This document shows positions 1-8,900 of a stretch of 22,429 nucleotides of DNA, in pieces. The notes below the pieces were generated by a model. That model worked only from the letters and a program-made list of their open reading frames with translations. It was not told where the DNA came from and searched no databases. Source of the stretch: Armatimonadia bacterium (GTDB taxonomy: Bacteria > Armatimonadota > Zipacnadia > Zipacnadales > UBA11051); the NCBI GenBank assembly GCA_039683575.1, contig JBDKRC010000340.1:1-22429 (forward strand). The letters run 5' to 3'. A program made the translations under genes and the position numbers. Position 1 is the stretch's first letter. The number at the start of each line of letters is the position of its first letter.

Positions 1-237
1 GGGAGTGCCCGCGGGGGCCTCGCGTTCGGTCACATGCGGAGCGAAGGTCTCGTCGTAGTCTTGCAGATACTGTAGCCACGCCATACCCAGTTGCCGGACG
101 TTGGACAGACAGCTTGACTGGCGGGCCTTTTCCCTGGCCTTTGCGAAGACCGGGAAGAGAATCGCGGCCAGGATCGCGATGATCGCGATGACGACCAGGA
201 GTTCAATCAGTGTGAAGCCTCGGCGTGTCGATAGCAT
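1..237 (-). CDS. Prepilin-type N-terminal cleavage/methylation, DUF1559-type protein (3' end runs off the window)
   Basis: Translated by hand (not in ORF track): [65 protein letters not shown]. Class III signal GFTLIE. ATG at 237-235 with GGAAAGG RBS just upstream. Confidence 0.93.
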   Translation of the reverse strand, partial: MLSTRRGFTLIELLVVIAIIAILAAILFPVFAKAREKARQSSCLSNVRQLGMAWLQYLQDYDETFAPHVTEREAPAGTP

Positions 238-401
238 GGGAAACCTTTCCAGCAGATTATAGTCCAGTGTGGTTGATATTTGATAGTCACGAAGCCTGCA
301 CGGCAGGCGCGGAAAGCCGTCTCGGCGCATGCACAGGCATACTTGCGCGTGGCGGCCGTTACCCGGCTGCAAAACAGTGCGCCGAGAGTCTGGGTGGATG
401 A

Positions 402-1484
402 CTACGGTCGGGGTTGCTCGGGTTTTGCCCCCGGAAGAAATCGGCCGTCGATGAACTGGCTCAGGTCCGGTACTGTCTTGGCGTACCCGATCTCCTTCAT
501 TACTTCCGCCATGGCCTGGAGCCCGTCGGGGCTGATGGTCGTGGTGAACTGTATCCGCTTGAGCGCCTTGTTGATGACCTGTGGTTGTAGCGATTTGCCG
601 GTAAGCTTGCCCAACTCGGCGTTGAGGGCTTTTGCCTCAGCCTCGGGCTGAGCTGCTACCCGATCGGTGATGCCCTTCAGGGCGGCGACAAAGGCCCCCA
701 CGACCTCTGCGTGCTGCTGCAGGAACTCCCGCCGCGCCACCAGTACGGTCACGGGGTAATTGCCGTTTCGCCACAGCGCCTTCCAGTCAAGCACGACGGT
801 CGCGCCTGCTTCTACCTCCAGCCGCGATCCCCACGGCTCCGGGACGCAGGCCGCGTCCAGTTGCTTGCGCATGAACAGCCCCATAATGTCGGGGTTCTCC
901 ACAGGCAGCACCTGGGTCTTCCCGCCCTGGTCCGAGAGCTTGACCTTGGCCTGGCGCAGGAGGTGACGCAGCAGCGCGTCCTGGGTGTTGCCCAACTGCG
1001 GCACGGCCACTCTCTTCCCCTCAAGGTCCTTGAGGGTCTTGATGCCGCTATCCTTGCGCGCCACCAGGACCGAACCGCCATTGGCCACGTTCGCGACCAG
1101 AACCACATCGCCGCCACGGGCGTGGGCATTGATGGCCGGTGTGGGACCCACGAAAGACAGGTCAATGGCCTTTGCGTGCAGAGCTTCCATCGCCGTTGGC
1201 CCGGCGTTGAATATCTTGGTCTGCACTTCCGCCTGCCCGGATAGGGCCTTCGCGAAGGTCTGTTCACCCGCCGAGAAGCCCAACACCGCCGGGGCGTGAG
1301 TTACGTTTGGAAAGTACCCCACGTTGAGGGTCACGGCTGACTTCGACGGGGCGGCAGAGCCCGCCTGAGGCTCACCAGGCGTTGCCGACTGGGGCGGGCG
1401 GCACCCGGCCAGGGCGGCGACCAGCGCAAACAGGGCTATCAACGCTACCGCGGTATGCTTTTGCCGTAATACGACAGAATTCAT
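402..1484 (-). CDS. ABC transporter substrate-binding lipoprotein, aliphatic sulfonate/NitT/TauT (SsuA-like) family
   Basis: Motifs [42 protein letters not shown] and lipobox LAGC. Start reassigned from 1736 to ATG 1484 (RBS AGGA, then signal peptide). The longer ORF would overlap the divergent gene and the promoter. Confidence 0.9.
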   Translation of the reverse strand: MNSVVLRQKHTAVALIALFALVAALAGCRPPQSATPGEPQAGSAAPSKSAVTLNVGYFPNVTHAPAVLGFSAGEQTFAKALSGQAEVQTKIFNAGPTAMEALHAKAIDLSFVGPTPAINAHARGGDVVLVANVANGGSVLVARKDSGIKTLKDLEGKRVAVPQLGNTQDALLRHLLRQAKVKLSDQGGKTQVLPVENPDIMGLFMRKQLDAACVPEPWGSRLEVEAGATVVLDWKALWRNGNYPVTVLVARREFLQQHAEVVGAFVAALKGITDRVAAQPEAEAKALNAELGKLTGKSLQPQVINKALKRIQFTTTISPDGLQAMAEVMKEIGYAKTVPDLSQFIDGRFLPGAKPEQPRP

Positions 1485-1532
1485 ATGTTTCCTACTCTTC
1501 AGCTTCCCTTGACCTGCGCGCCTATCACAAAT

Positions 1533-1561
1533 GCCCCCGGTCCCTGAACCGGACCGGGGGC
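1533..1561 (-). terminator. GC-rich hairpin in the 5' leader of the SsuA-like gene (possible attenuator/terminator)
   Basis: Perfect 11-bp inverted repeat GCCCCCGGTCC/GGACCGGGGGC with a 7-nt loop, followed on the - strand by a weak U tract (ATTTGT). Confidence 0.5.
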
Positions 1562-1590
1562 TGGAGCGCAAATTCAGGATGTTGGGCGCT

Positions 1591-1619
1591 ACCCTACGAC
1601 TCCGCGCACACGCTGTCAA
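1591..1619 (-). promoter_or_regulatory. Putative sigma70-type promoter for the SsuA-like gene
   Basis: - strand TTGACA (1619-1614), 17-nt spacer, TAGGGT (1596-1591). Confidence 0.6.
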
Positions 1620-1721
1620 CCACAAATCTGGCCCATAGGCCGCAAATTCTGCCAGACAGGGGGAGTCTACCGAAAGGCCGGAGGGACTGGGGAGACATAA
1701 AGCGAAACAACCAGGCAATAT

Positions 1722-4667
1722 ATGAGCAAGGGGCATTACATCATGACGATGGCATCACGCGGTATGCTGGTGGCTATACTGCTCGCGGTCGGCACCTCAC
1801 GCGTGTCTGCCCAGGAGCCTCTGGTACTGGCACGGGACGGCAAGGCGTTGGCGACCATCGTGGCACCACAGGACAATACGGTCCCGGCCATTGCCGCGCG
1901 AGAGCTCAAGAGCTACCTGGACCGCATCACCGGGGCGCAGTTCGCTATCGCGCCTGCTGCTGACGCCTCTCCGCGCATCTTCGTGGGCGACTGCGCTCAG
2001 GCACGAGCCGCGGGGCTTGACGTAGCGAAGCTCAAGCGCGACGGTTACTTCCGGGGCGTGAGTGGCGGGGATCTCTACCTGCTGGGGCGCGATGCGCCAG
2101 GCCCGGTTAAGCTGGTTCTCCACACCTACTTCGAGCGCGGCAGCCTCTTCGCCGTCTATGACTTCCTCGAGGACGTCTGTGGGGTACGCTTCGTCAAGGC
2201 AGGTCCCTATGGCGAGGTTGTGCCGCCTGCAGCGACCCTGGCGGTGCCGAGGCGCATGGTGCGCGACGAGCCCGTCTTCCTCGACCGCAGCCTCTGCGAA
2301 TTCGGCCTGCATGGCTACAACTACCCCGATGCCGACCTCCACGCCACCTGGAGCGAGGATGGGCGCAGCGAGCCGGACCGCTCCATGTGGGGCTTCAAGC
2401 TGCGCTGGGAGAGCGGGAAGATGGTGGCAGGCTGCCACTCAGCCCACTACCTGCAGTTTGATGAGCGGTTTGCCGCTGAGCATCCCGACTGGTTCGCTCT
2501 GCTGCCCAACGGCCAGCGCGCCACCAACACCCCGCGCGGCTCCTACCTGTGCTATTCACATCCCGGCGTGGTTCAGGCTTTCACCGACGATGCCCGTGCC
2601 TATTTCAGCGGCCAGCGCCCCGAGACGCGGGGGCTGAAGACCTGGAACAAGGCCGGGTATGGCGACGAGTTCATGGTAGACCCGCATGACTCGTATCCCT
2701 ACTGTCAGTGCGCGGATTGTCAGCGGGTCTTCAAGGCTGATCCCGAGCAGGATTTCTCGGAGATCATCTTCGGCGCGGTGGCAAAGGTAGCCAACGGAAC
2801 GAAGGACTTCCCCGGCAAATACATCAGCACGCTGGCCTATGGCCCGAAGGTGGAGCCCCCGAAGACGGTCCAGTTGCCGTCCAACGTCCGCGTGCGGCTC
2901 TGTATCAATGGCCCGCTGTATCATTCAATGCCCGGCACGCGGGACCAACAGCTTGACCTGCTGAAACGCTGGAGCAAGCGCATGGACGGCGACCTGGTGC
3001 TGTGGGTCTATACCGACCAGGTCCGTCCCACCAAGGCCATCGCGGGCGTGCCGCAGGTTGAGGCCCACGCCATCGCCGACTTCCTGCGTGCCGTGAAGCC
3101 ATACTGCAATGGCGCCTTCGTTGAGAACGAATCCACAGCCCAGACCTTTCGTTTCCTTGATGAGTACGTGACCATGAAGCTGCTGTGGAATCCGGATCAG
3201 GACGTGGACGCCTTACTGAAGGACTACTTCCGCAGCTTCTACGGTCCGGCCGGTGAGCCGGTGGGGGCCATCTACGCGCGTCTGGAGACGCTCTGGCGCA
3301 AGGTATACACCATCTATGGCGGCGACCAGCCGCGCTTCGCCAGCCGGGTGGACTTGTGGGAGAAGATCTACACTGAGGAGGAACTGGCCGGCATGGACCG
3401 GCTGGTGGCACAGGCGCAGAAGCTAGCCGCCGGTAACGAGGCCTGCACCTGGCGGGTAGGGCTGATCCGTGACGAACTGGTAGGGCGGCTGCATGCCAAC
3501 CGCGAGGATTACAAGCGCACGCTGGGTGTGGCCAGTCAGGCGCAGGTGCTCTGCTACCGGGCGCAGGCAGAGCCTGGACCCGATGGCCTGCTGCCGATGG
3601 AGGCGTGGGACAAGGTGCCCCATCAGGTCCTGGGGCCGGCGCTGGAGACCGACAAGCTTCACGTACTGACCCATTTCAAGGCCCTCTGGTCGCCAGGGAC
3701 GCTGCACCTGCTTTTCGAGTGTGAGGAACCCGACCCGGCGAGCGACCCAACGCTGCCCACTCGCCGCGCTGACGATGTGGACCTGTGGAAGGACCAGACT
3801 GTTGAATACATGCTCACGCTCGATGACGAACGCATCATGTCGCAGTCGCAGTACCATAGCCTGATCAACAACCGTGGGGTGGTATGCGACCTGCATAGCG
3901 CGCTGGACAAGCAAGACCTCTCCTGGAACGGCAACGCGCGGGTGAAGGCAGAGAAGACTGAGAAAGGTTGGATTATCCGCGTGGCTGCGCCTCTGGCGCC
4001 CATGGGGATCAAGGACGCGCTCAAGCTCGGGCGGGTTGCCTTCAACGTGGTACGCCATCGCCCCCTTACCGACAAGCCTCACGAGTACTACGCGTGGTCG
4101 CCGGCCTCGCGAGCGGGCAACTGGACCGAGCCCACAACACATGGGCAACTTATCTTCCGCGACGAAGCGTCCCCGGAGCCGCCGGTGAACCTCCTGCAGA
4201 ACGGTTCGCTCGATGAGCCTGATCAGCGTGGCCGCTTCTTCGCTGGTTGGGCTGTCCCCACAGCCAACGTGGACAACATCTCCCGCGACGGCGAAATCCG
4301 CTGGGACGGCGCGGCCTCTGTTCGCCTCCATACCGACGAGGCCAAGGAAGTGACGTTGCTGCAGTATGTGGATGGCGTCCAGCCCGGTCACACCTACCGC
4401 TTCTCCTGCAAGGTGCGGCTGGACAGCATTGCAGCGGCCGAGCAGGGCCTCAATGGGGCCTACGTCAACTTCAACGCGCCGGATTTCAACCTCTTCGTAC
4501 CCGAGCAGGCGCTGACTGGCACCAGCGACTGGCGCAACCTGGAGTTCGAGGGTACCACCGCCGCGACATTCCCGCAGGGGCGGCGCCCCTACATCCGGCT
4601 GAAGATCGCAGGCTGCACCGGCACCGCCTGGTTTGACGAGGCAAGCCTCATAGAGATCAAGAAGTAA
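1722..4667 (+). CDS. Secreted DUF4838-type protein with CBM9-like sugar-binding domain and C-terminal CBM4/9-like domain
   Basis: Signal peptide (..VSA|QEP). N-terminal AARELKSYLDRITG domain of the GH67/GH20b-N type. DUF4838-like motifs HPDWFAL, LCYSHP, CQCADC, TLAY, KLLWNPDQD, DYFRSFYGPA. CBM9-like region (KALWS..LHLLFEC..D.VE) and a NLLQNGSLD...WFDE module. Start uncertain because there are several Met in the first 15 codons. Confidence 0.8.
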   Translation: MSKGHYIMTMASRGMLVAILLAVGTSRVSAQEPLVLARDGKALATIVAPQDNTVPAIAARELKSYLDRITGAQFAIAPAADASPRIFVGDCAQARAAGLDVAKLKRDGYFRGVSGGDLYLLGRDAPGPVKLVLHTYFERGSLFAVYDFLEDVCGVRFVKAGPYGEVVPPAATLAVPRRMVRDEPVFLDRSLCEFGLHGYNYPDADLHATWSEDGRSEPDRSMWGFKLRWESGKMVAGCHSAHYLQFDERFAAEHPDWFALLPNGQRATNTPRGSYLCYSHPGVVQAFTDDARAYFSGQRPETRGLKTWNKAGYGDEFMVDPHDSYPYCQCADCQRVFKADPEQDFSEIIFGAVAKVANGTKDFPGKYISTLAYGPKVEPPKTVQLPSNVRVRLCINGPLYHSMPGTRDQQLDLLKRWSKRMDGDLVLWVYTDQVRPTKAIAGVPQVEAHAIADFLRAVKPYCNGAFVENESTAQTFRFLDEYVTMKLLWNPDQDVDALLKDYFRSFYGPAGEPVGAIYARLETLWRKVYTIYGGDQPRFASRVDLWEKIYTEEELAGMDRLVAQAQKLAAGNEACTWRVGLIRDELVGRLHANREDYKRTLGVASQAQVLCYRAQAEPGPDGLLPMEAWDKVPHQVLGPALETDKLHVLTHFKALWSPGTLHLLFECEEPDPASDPTLPTRRADDVDLWKDQTVEYMLTLDDERIMSQSQYHSLINNRGVVCDLHSALDKQDLSWNGNARVKAEKTEKGWIIRVAAPLAPMGIKDALKLGRVAFNVVRHRPLTDKPHEYYAWSPASRAGNWTEPTTHGQLIFRDEASPEPPVNLLQNGSLDEPDQRGRFFAGWAVPTANVDNISRDGEIRWDGAASVRLHTDEAKEVTLLQYVDGVQPGHTYRFSCKVRLDSIAAAEQGLNGAYVNFNAPDFNLFVPEQALTGTSDWRNLEFEGTTAATFPQGRRPYIRLKIAGCTGTAWFDEASLIEIKK

Positions 4668-4709
4668 CGAAGGCAGCATGCCTGAGCAAGCAAAGATGGG
4701 ATTGGCCAC

Positions 4710-5912
4710 ATGCTGACACAACAGGACCTTATTGATGCGCGGCAGCGGATCGCCTCGCTCGCCCGTGTGACGCCGCTCTTGCCTATTGGCGAGCGCATTG
4801 CCGGTGACGTGCAGGTATTGCTGAAACTTGAGAGCCTGCAATACACCGGCGCTTTCAAGATCCGTGGGGCGGCCAATGCACTGGCGCAGCTCTCCGACGA
4901 TGAGCGGCGTTGTGGGGTCATGGCGGCCTCGGCGGGCAATCACGCCCAGGGCGTGGCCGCAGCCGCCGGGGCGATGGGCATTGAGGCGACCATCGTCATG
5001 CCGGAGACAACGCCGCTGGTGAAGGTCGAGCGCACCCGCCGCTACGGTGCTCGCGTGGTACTGTACGGTCAGGACTTCGAAGCCGCTTACGGTCATGCGC
5101 TGGACCTGTGCCGCCAGCAGGAATGCACCTTCGTCCACCCCTTCGCGGATGAGCGCATCATCGCGGGACAGGCGACTGTGGGGCTGGAACTACTCGACCA
5201 GGCGCCGAACATGGACAGCGTCATCGTGCCGGTAGGCGGGGGAGGGCTGATCTCCGGGGTTGCAATGGCGATCAAACAGCAGCGGCCCGAGGTTCGCGTC
5301 ATTGGCGTGCAGACAGAGGCCGTGCCCGCCATGGCGCAGTCGTTTCGCCGCAAGCAACTGGTATCGGTTGAAGCGCAGCCGACTATCGCCGAGGGCATCG
5401 CGGTGGGACGTCCGGCGGAAATAACCTACGACCTTATCCGGCAGTACGTGGATGACATCGTTACGGTCTCTGAGGAGCAGATTGCCGCCGCGATGCTCGA
5501 CCTGCTCGAGGACTTCAAGCTGGTCGTGGAGGGGGCCGGAGCGGCCCCGCTGGCGGCGCTGGGGCAGTTGCAGGGCCAGCTTGGCAAGCAGACCGTGCTG
5601 GTCCTGTCAGGGGGCAACGTGGATGTCACAACCCTTGGCGCGGTGATCGACCGGGGGCTGGCGCAGGCCGGGCGCGCGGTGCGGTTGCGCGTTGACCTGC
5701 GGGACCACCCGGGGGCGCTGGCGAAGCTCGCGCAGATCATCGGCGAGGCCGGCGCCAACATTGTGGAGATCTTCCACAACCGCACCACCGGCAACATCGA
5801 GATCGGCCGCGCCGAGGTCGAACTGGTGCTCACGACGCGCGGGTCGGAGCACGTCGAGGAGATCCTCGAACTGCTGCGGGACAACGGATACGAAGCCCGG
5901 CGGCATGAGTGA
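4710..5912 (+). CDS. ilvA: Threonine ammonia-lyase (PLP), short form with a single C-terminal ACT domain
   Basis: LKLESLQYTGAFKIRGA (PLP lysine), ASAGNHAQGVA, VPVGGGGLISG, EGAGA, LSGGNVD, and ACT-like D.PGALAKL...GANI. Confidence 0.93.
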   Translation: MLTQQDLIDARQRIASLARVTPLLPIGERIAGDVQVLLKLESLQYTGAFKIRGAANALAQLSDDERRCGVMAASAGNHAQGVAAAAGAMGIEATIVMPETTPLVKVERTRRYGARVVLYGQDFEAAYGHALDLCRQQECTFVHPFADERIIAGQATVGLELLDQAPNMDSVIVPVGGGGLISGVAMAIKQQRPEVRVIGVQTEAVPAMAQSFRRKQLVSVEAQPTIAEGIAVGRPAEITYDLIRQYVDDIVTVSEEQIAAAMLDLLEDFKLVVEGAGAAPLAALGQLQGQLGKQTVLVLSGGNVDVTTLGAVIDRGLAQAGRAVRLRVDLRDHPGALAKLAQIIGEAGANIVEIFHNRTTGNIEIGRAEVELVLTTRGSEHVEEILELLRDNGYEARRHE

Positions 5913-5926
5913 TACTGCGCAGCCGG

Positions 5927-8900
5927 TCAGGGCACCGGTATTGCCGTCATCAGATTACCGCTGGCACATACAGCCACGAGCCTGCCGGCCGCGGTAGTTG
6001 CCGGTACCACGACTTCCACCGGGTCCTGGAACCGCGTCAGGCCCAGCAGTTGCCCCTTCTCCCCCACCAGCCGTAGCGCGCCATCATCACAGGCCGCGAC
6101 TATGGTCTTCCCGCATACCGCGAGTTGCCGCGGCGAGCCGGGCAGGTCCAGTCGCCAGAGCGGCTCGCCCGTGCCCGCGTAGCACGACAGGTTCTGCGTC
6201 AGGCCGTCGGATGCCACCAGCAGCCGGCTGGCCCCGGTGGCCGGGAGGGCCTGCAGGTCAGTGACCATGCTGCCCACGTTGGCCGTGAAGACGACCTTAC
6301 CAGCGCCATCGCACACGTGAGCCTGCATGTCCTCGCCGCCAATGACAGCCTCCGCCTTGCCGTCGCCGTTGAGGTCCGCCGCCAGAGCCGCCGACATGTA
6401 TGGCTGCGTGATCGCCACGCTGTACAGCAGCTTGCCCTCGGAACTCACCACGTGCCCCGTGTAGTACTCATCGGTGGCGACCAGTTCGAGCTTGCGATCC
6501 CCGTTGATGTCTCCGAGCGCCCCTTCCACCGCGGCATGGACCGCCTCATAGCTCCAAAGCACCTTCCCGGCCCCGTCGAGCGCATAGTAATGCCAGTTCT
6601 CGCTGGCGATCACGACCTCGTTGTTGCCGTCGGCATTGATATCGCCCACACTCGCCCACACAACGTTGCCTTCGCGGCTCCAATAGAACGGGAAGCTCTG
6701 CTTCCAAAGCAGCTTCCCATCTGCGTCATAGCACTGCAGTTCTTTACCGTTGTTGCCAACCAGCACCTCGGGCCGGGCGTCGCCGGTGAGGTTGCCGGTA
6801 GCGAGGCAGTTGACGCGGGCCCCGGTCTCAGCGGTCCATAGCTGCCGACCCTCGGCCACAGCGGCCACGCGCCCGCCGACGGTGCCGTATATGACCTCAT
6901 CGCCGAGTTTCCCATCGAGATCGGCGGCGGCTAGAGCGGTGATGACACTGGTGCCATACGGGCGATAGCGTGGGTCGCGCTTCTCCTCAGCACCCGTCGG
7001 CCCCCAGAGCCGGATCCCCTGCAGGAACAGACCCGCTCCCGTCTGCGGGGTGGCTTTCACTCTGACATAGCGGGCACGCAATCCGGGCGTGTCCTTCAGG
7101 TACTCGGGGTAGGACGGGACCGGATAGTCGCCCTTCTCCTCGAAGCTGGCGATTTCCGTGAAGGGACCGCTGGGGGTCTCTGCGGCCGTGACGACCGCCC
7201 TGGCCAGGCGATAGCGTATCCCGCGCGCGCTGTTGTTCGTCCACATGGTGCGCAGGCCGATACGGGAGATGTCCCGCGGCTGCCCTAGATCAAGGGTGAT
7301 GGTCGGTACCTGGTCCTCTGACCACATGACCAGGGCATTCCAACTCCGCGCCAGCGACTGCAGGTCAATCTTGTAGCTGGCGTCCCATGTGCTCGCAGCC
7401 AACGGCGGCACGTCGCTCGAAACGCGGAGGTCCACGACACTACTCAAAGGCCGCGCCTCAGCCGGAAGCTCCGTCTGCCACAGGGGCTTGAGAGCTGGGG
7501 CCTGTTCCTTCGGCAGAGGTGTCTGAGGGGCCGGACTGGCCTTCACTTTTGCCAGGACCGCCTTCGCCCCGGCTACCTGCAACTCTGCCGAGGGTTCGAC
7601 CAGTTTCTGCGCCTTGCCGCCTACTACGAGCTTGGTAGCGTCCGCGTAGGCTACCAGGCCGCTGTCGGACACAAGCCACAGGGCGGCGTCCGTTTGGAGT
7701 ACGCCCGGCAGGTCAATCTCCCCCACTCCGACGAGCCACTTGCCGCTCGCGCCGCTGACGAGCAGGGCGTTGTCGCTCACGCGTTCCGCTTTGAGAGACG
7801 GCGTGGCACCCTCGTGCGTCTGCAGCAGGTTGCTGAAGACGGCGCGCTGACCGGCTTGCAGAGGCAGACGGCGGTGCTGTCGCAGGACCTTGACCAGCCC
7901 GTCGTTCGAATACGGGTAGCTGGCGTAGTAGTTGCTCCCCTGTCCTTCCCATTGCTCACGCAGCACGCACGACGCGCCGTCGGTATTCTCGATGCTGAAG
8001 CCCTGCCCGGCCTGATCCACGGTGAAACGGCCCGCGGGCGTCAGGCTGGCGCGGCCCAGGCTACGCCAGAGGCACTCCAGGTCATAGTCACCGGCCTCGC
8101 GTGCCTGCACCTCGTCGAGAACGACGAAGAACCCCTCCTTGAGCCACACAATGTTGCGCCGCCAGTCGGTGCCGTTGTAGGCGGAGGTCAGCACCTGCGC
8201 CAACCCCGTGCGCGACAAATTCGCCCGGTGCTCAAGGCTGGCCAGCGGTGGTGGCGACCACTGCTGTCCGTTGCGCGAGATCAACACCGTATTGTGCTGG
8301 CGCGGCGTCGTCTCAATATAGTGGCCTTCCGTGAGAAACAGCCGCCCGTTGTCGGTGAAGCGCAGGATGGAGGCCCCATCCCGGTGCCCGTGACTGATCT
8401 CGCTGATGCCGTCGAGCAGCATATACTGGTCCTGCTCGCCAAAGTCCGTGCGGAACGAGAGCTTATCGAAGGCCTCCTGTGGGGGGCAGTATTCGGCCTT
8501 CCACTCGCTGCTTCCGGCATCTCGCGTGGTCGAGACGGCCATTTTGTAGAGATTCTCATGCAGAGGGAAGGCGACGACACCCATCAGGTCGGTGGGCTTC
8601 TGGGCTGGCCGGTCGTTCGCAAAGCCACCAATCAGGGGCGCGTTATCTTTCAGATACCACTTGAGGGTGTCGTCACGGTAGAACCAGTTGGCCCGCGCGA
8701 ACAGCTCCCGGGGTAGGCCCGCACGCCACGCGCCGTCATCGCCTAAGGGGCTACCGGCCCCGAGGTTGTCGGTACACAGCATGCTCCACCGGGCCTGCTG
8801 CTGGCAGTTGCCGTTCTTGAAGAACTCCATGTCGCCGGTCTTCAGGGCATACTCGCCGGTTATGAAGTCCGTGGCGATGATGGGACCGTAGCTGTAGGAA

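Noticed and set aside
1485-1736. N-terminal extension of the SsuA-like ORF
   Set aside because: It covers the promoter/leader and overlaps the divergent gene; the signal peptide and RBS support the start at 1484.
3423-5138. 571-aa - strand ORF
   Set aside because: Antisense shadow across two well-supported genes, with no motifs; typical of high-GC codon bias.
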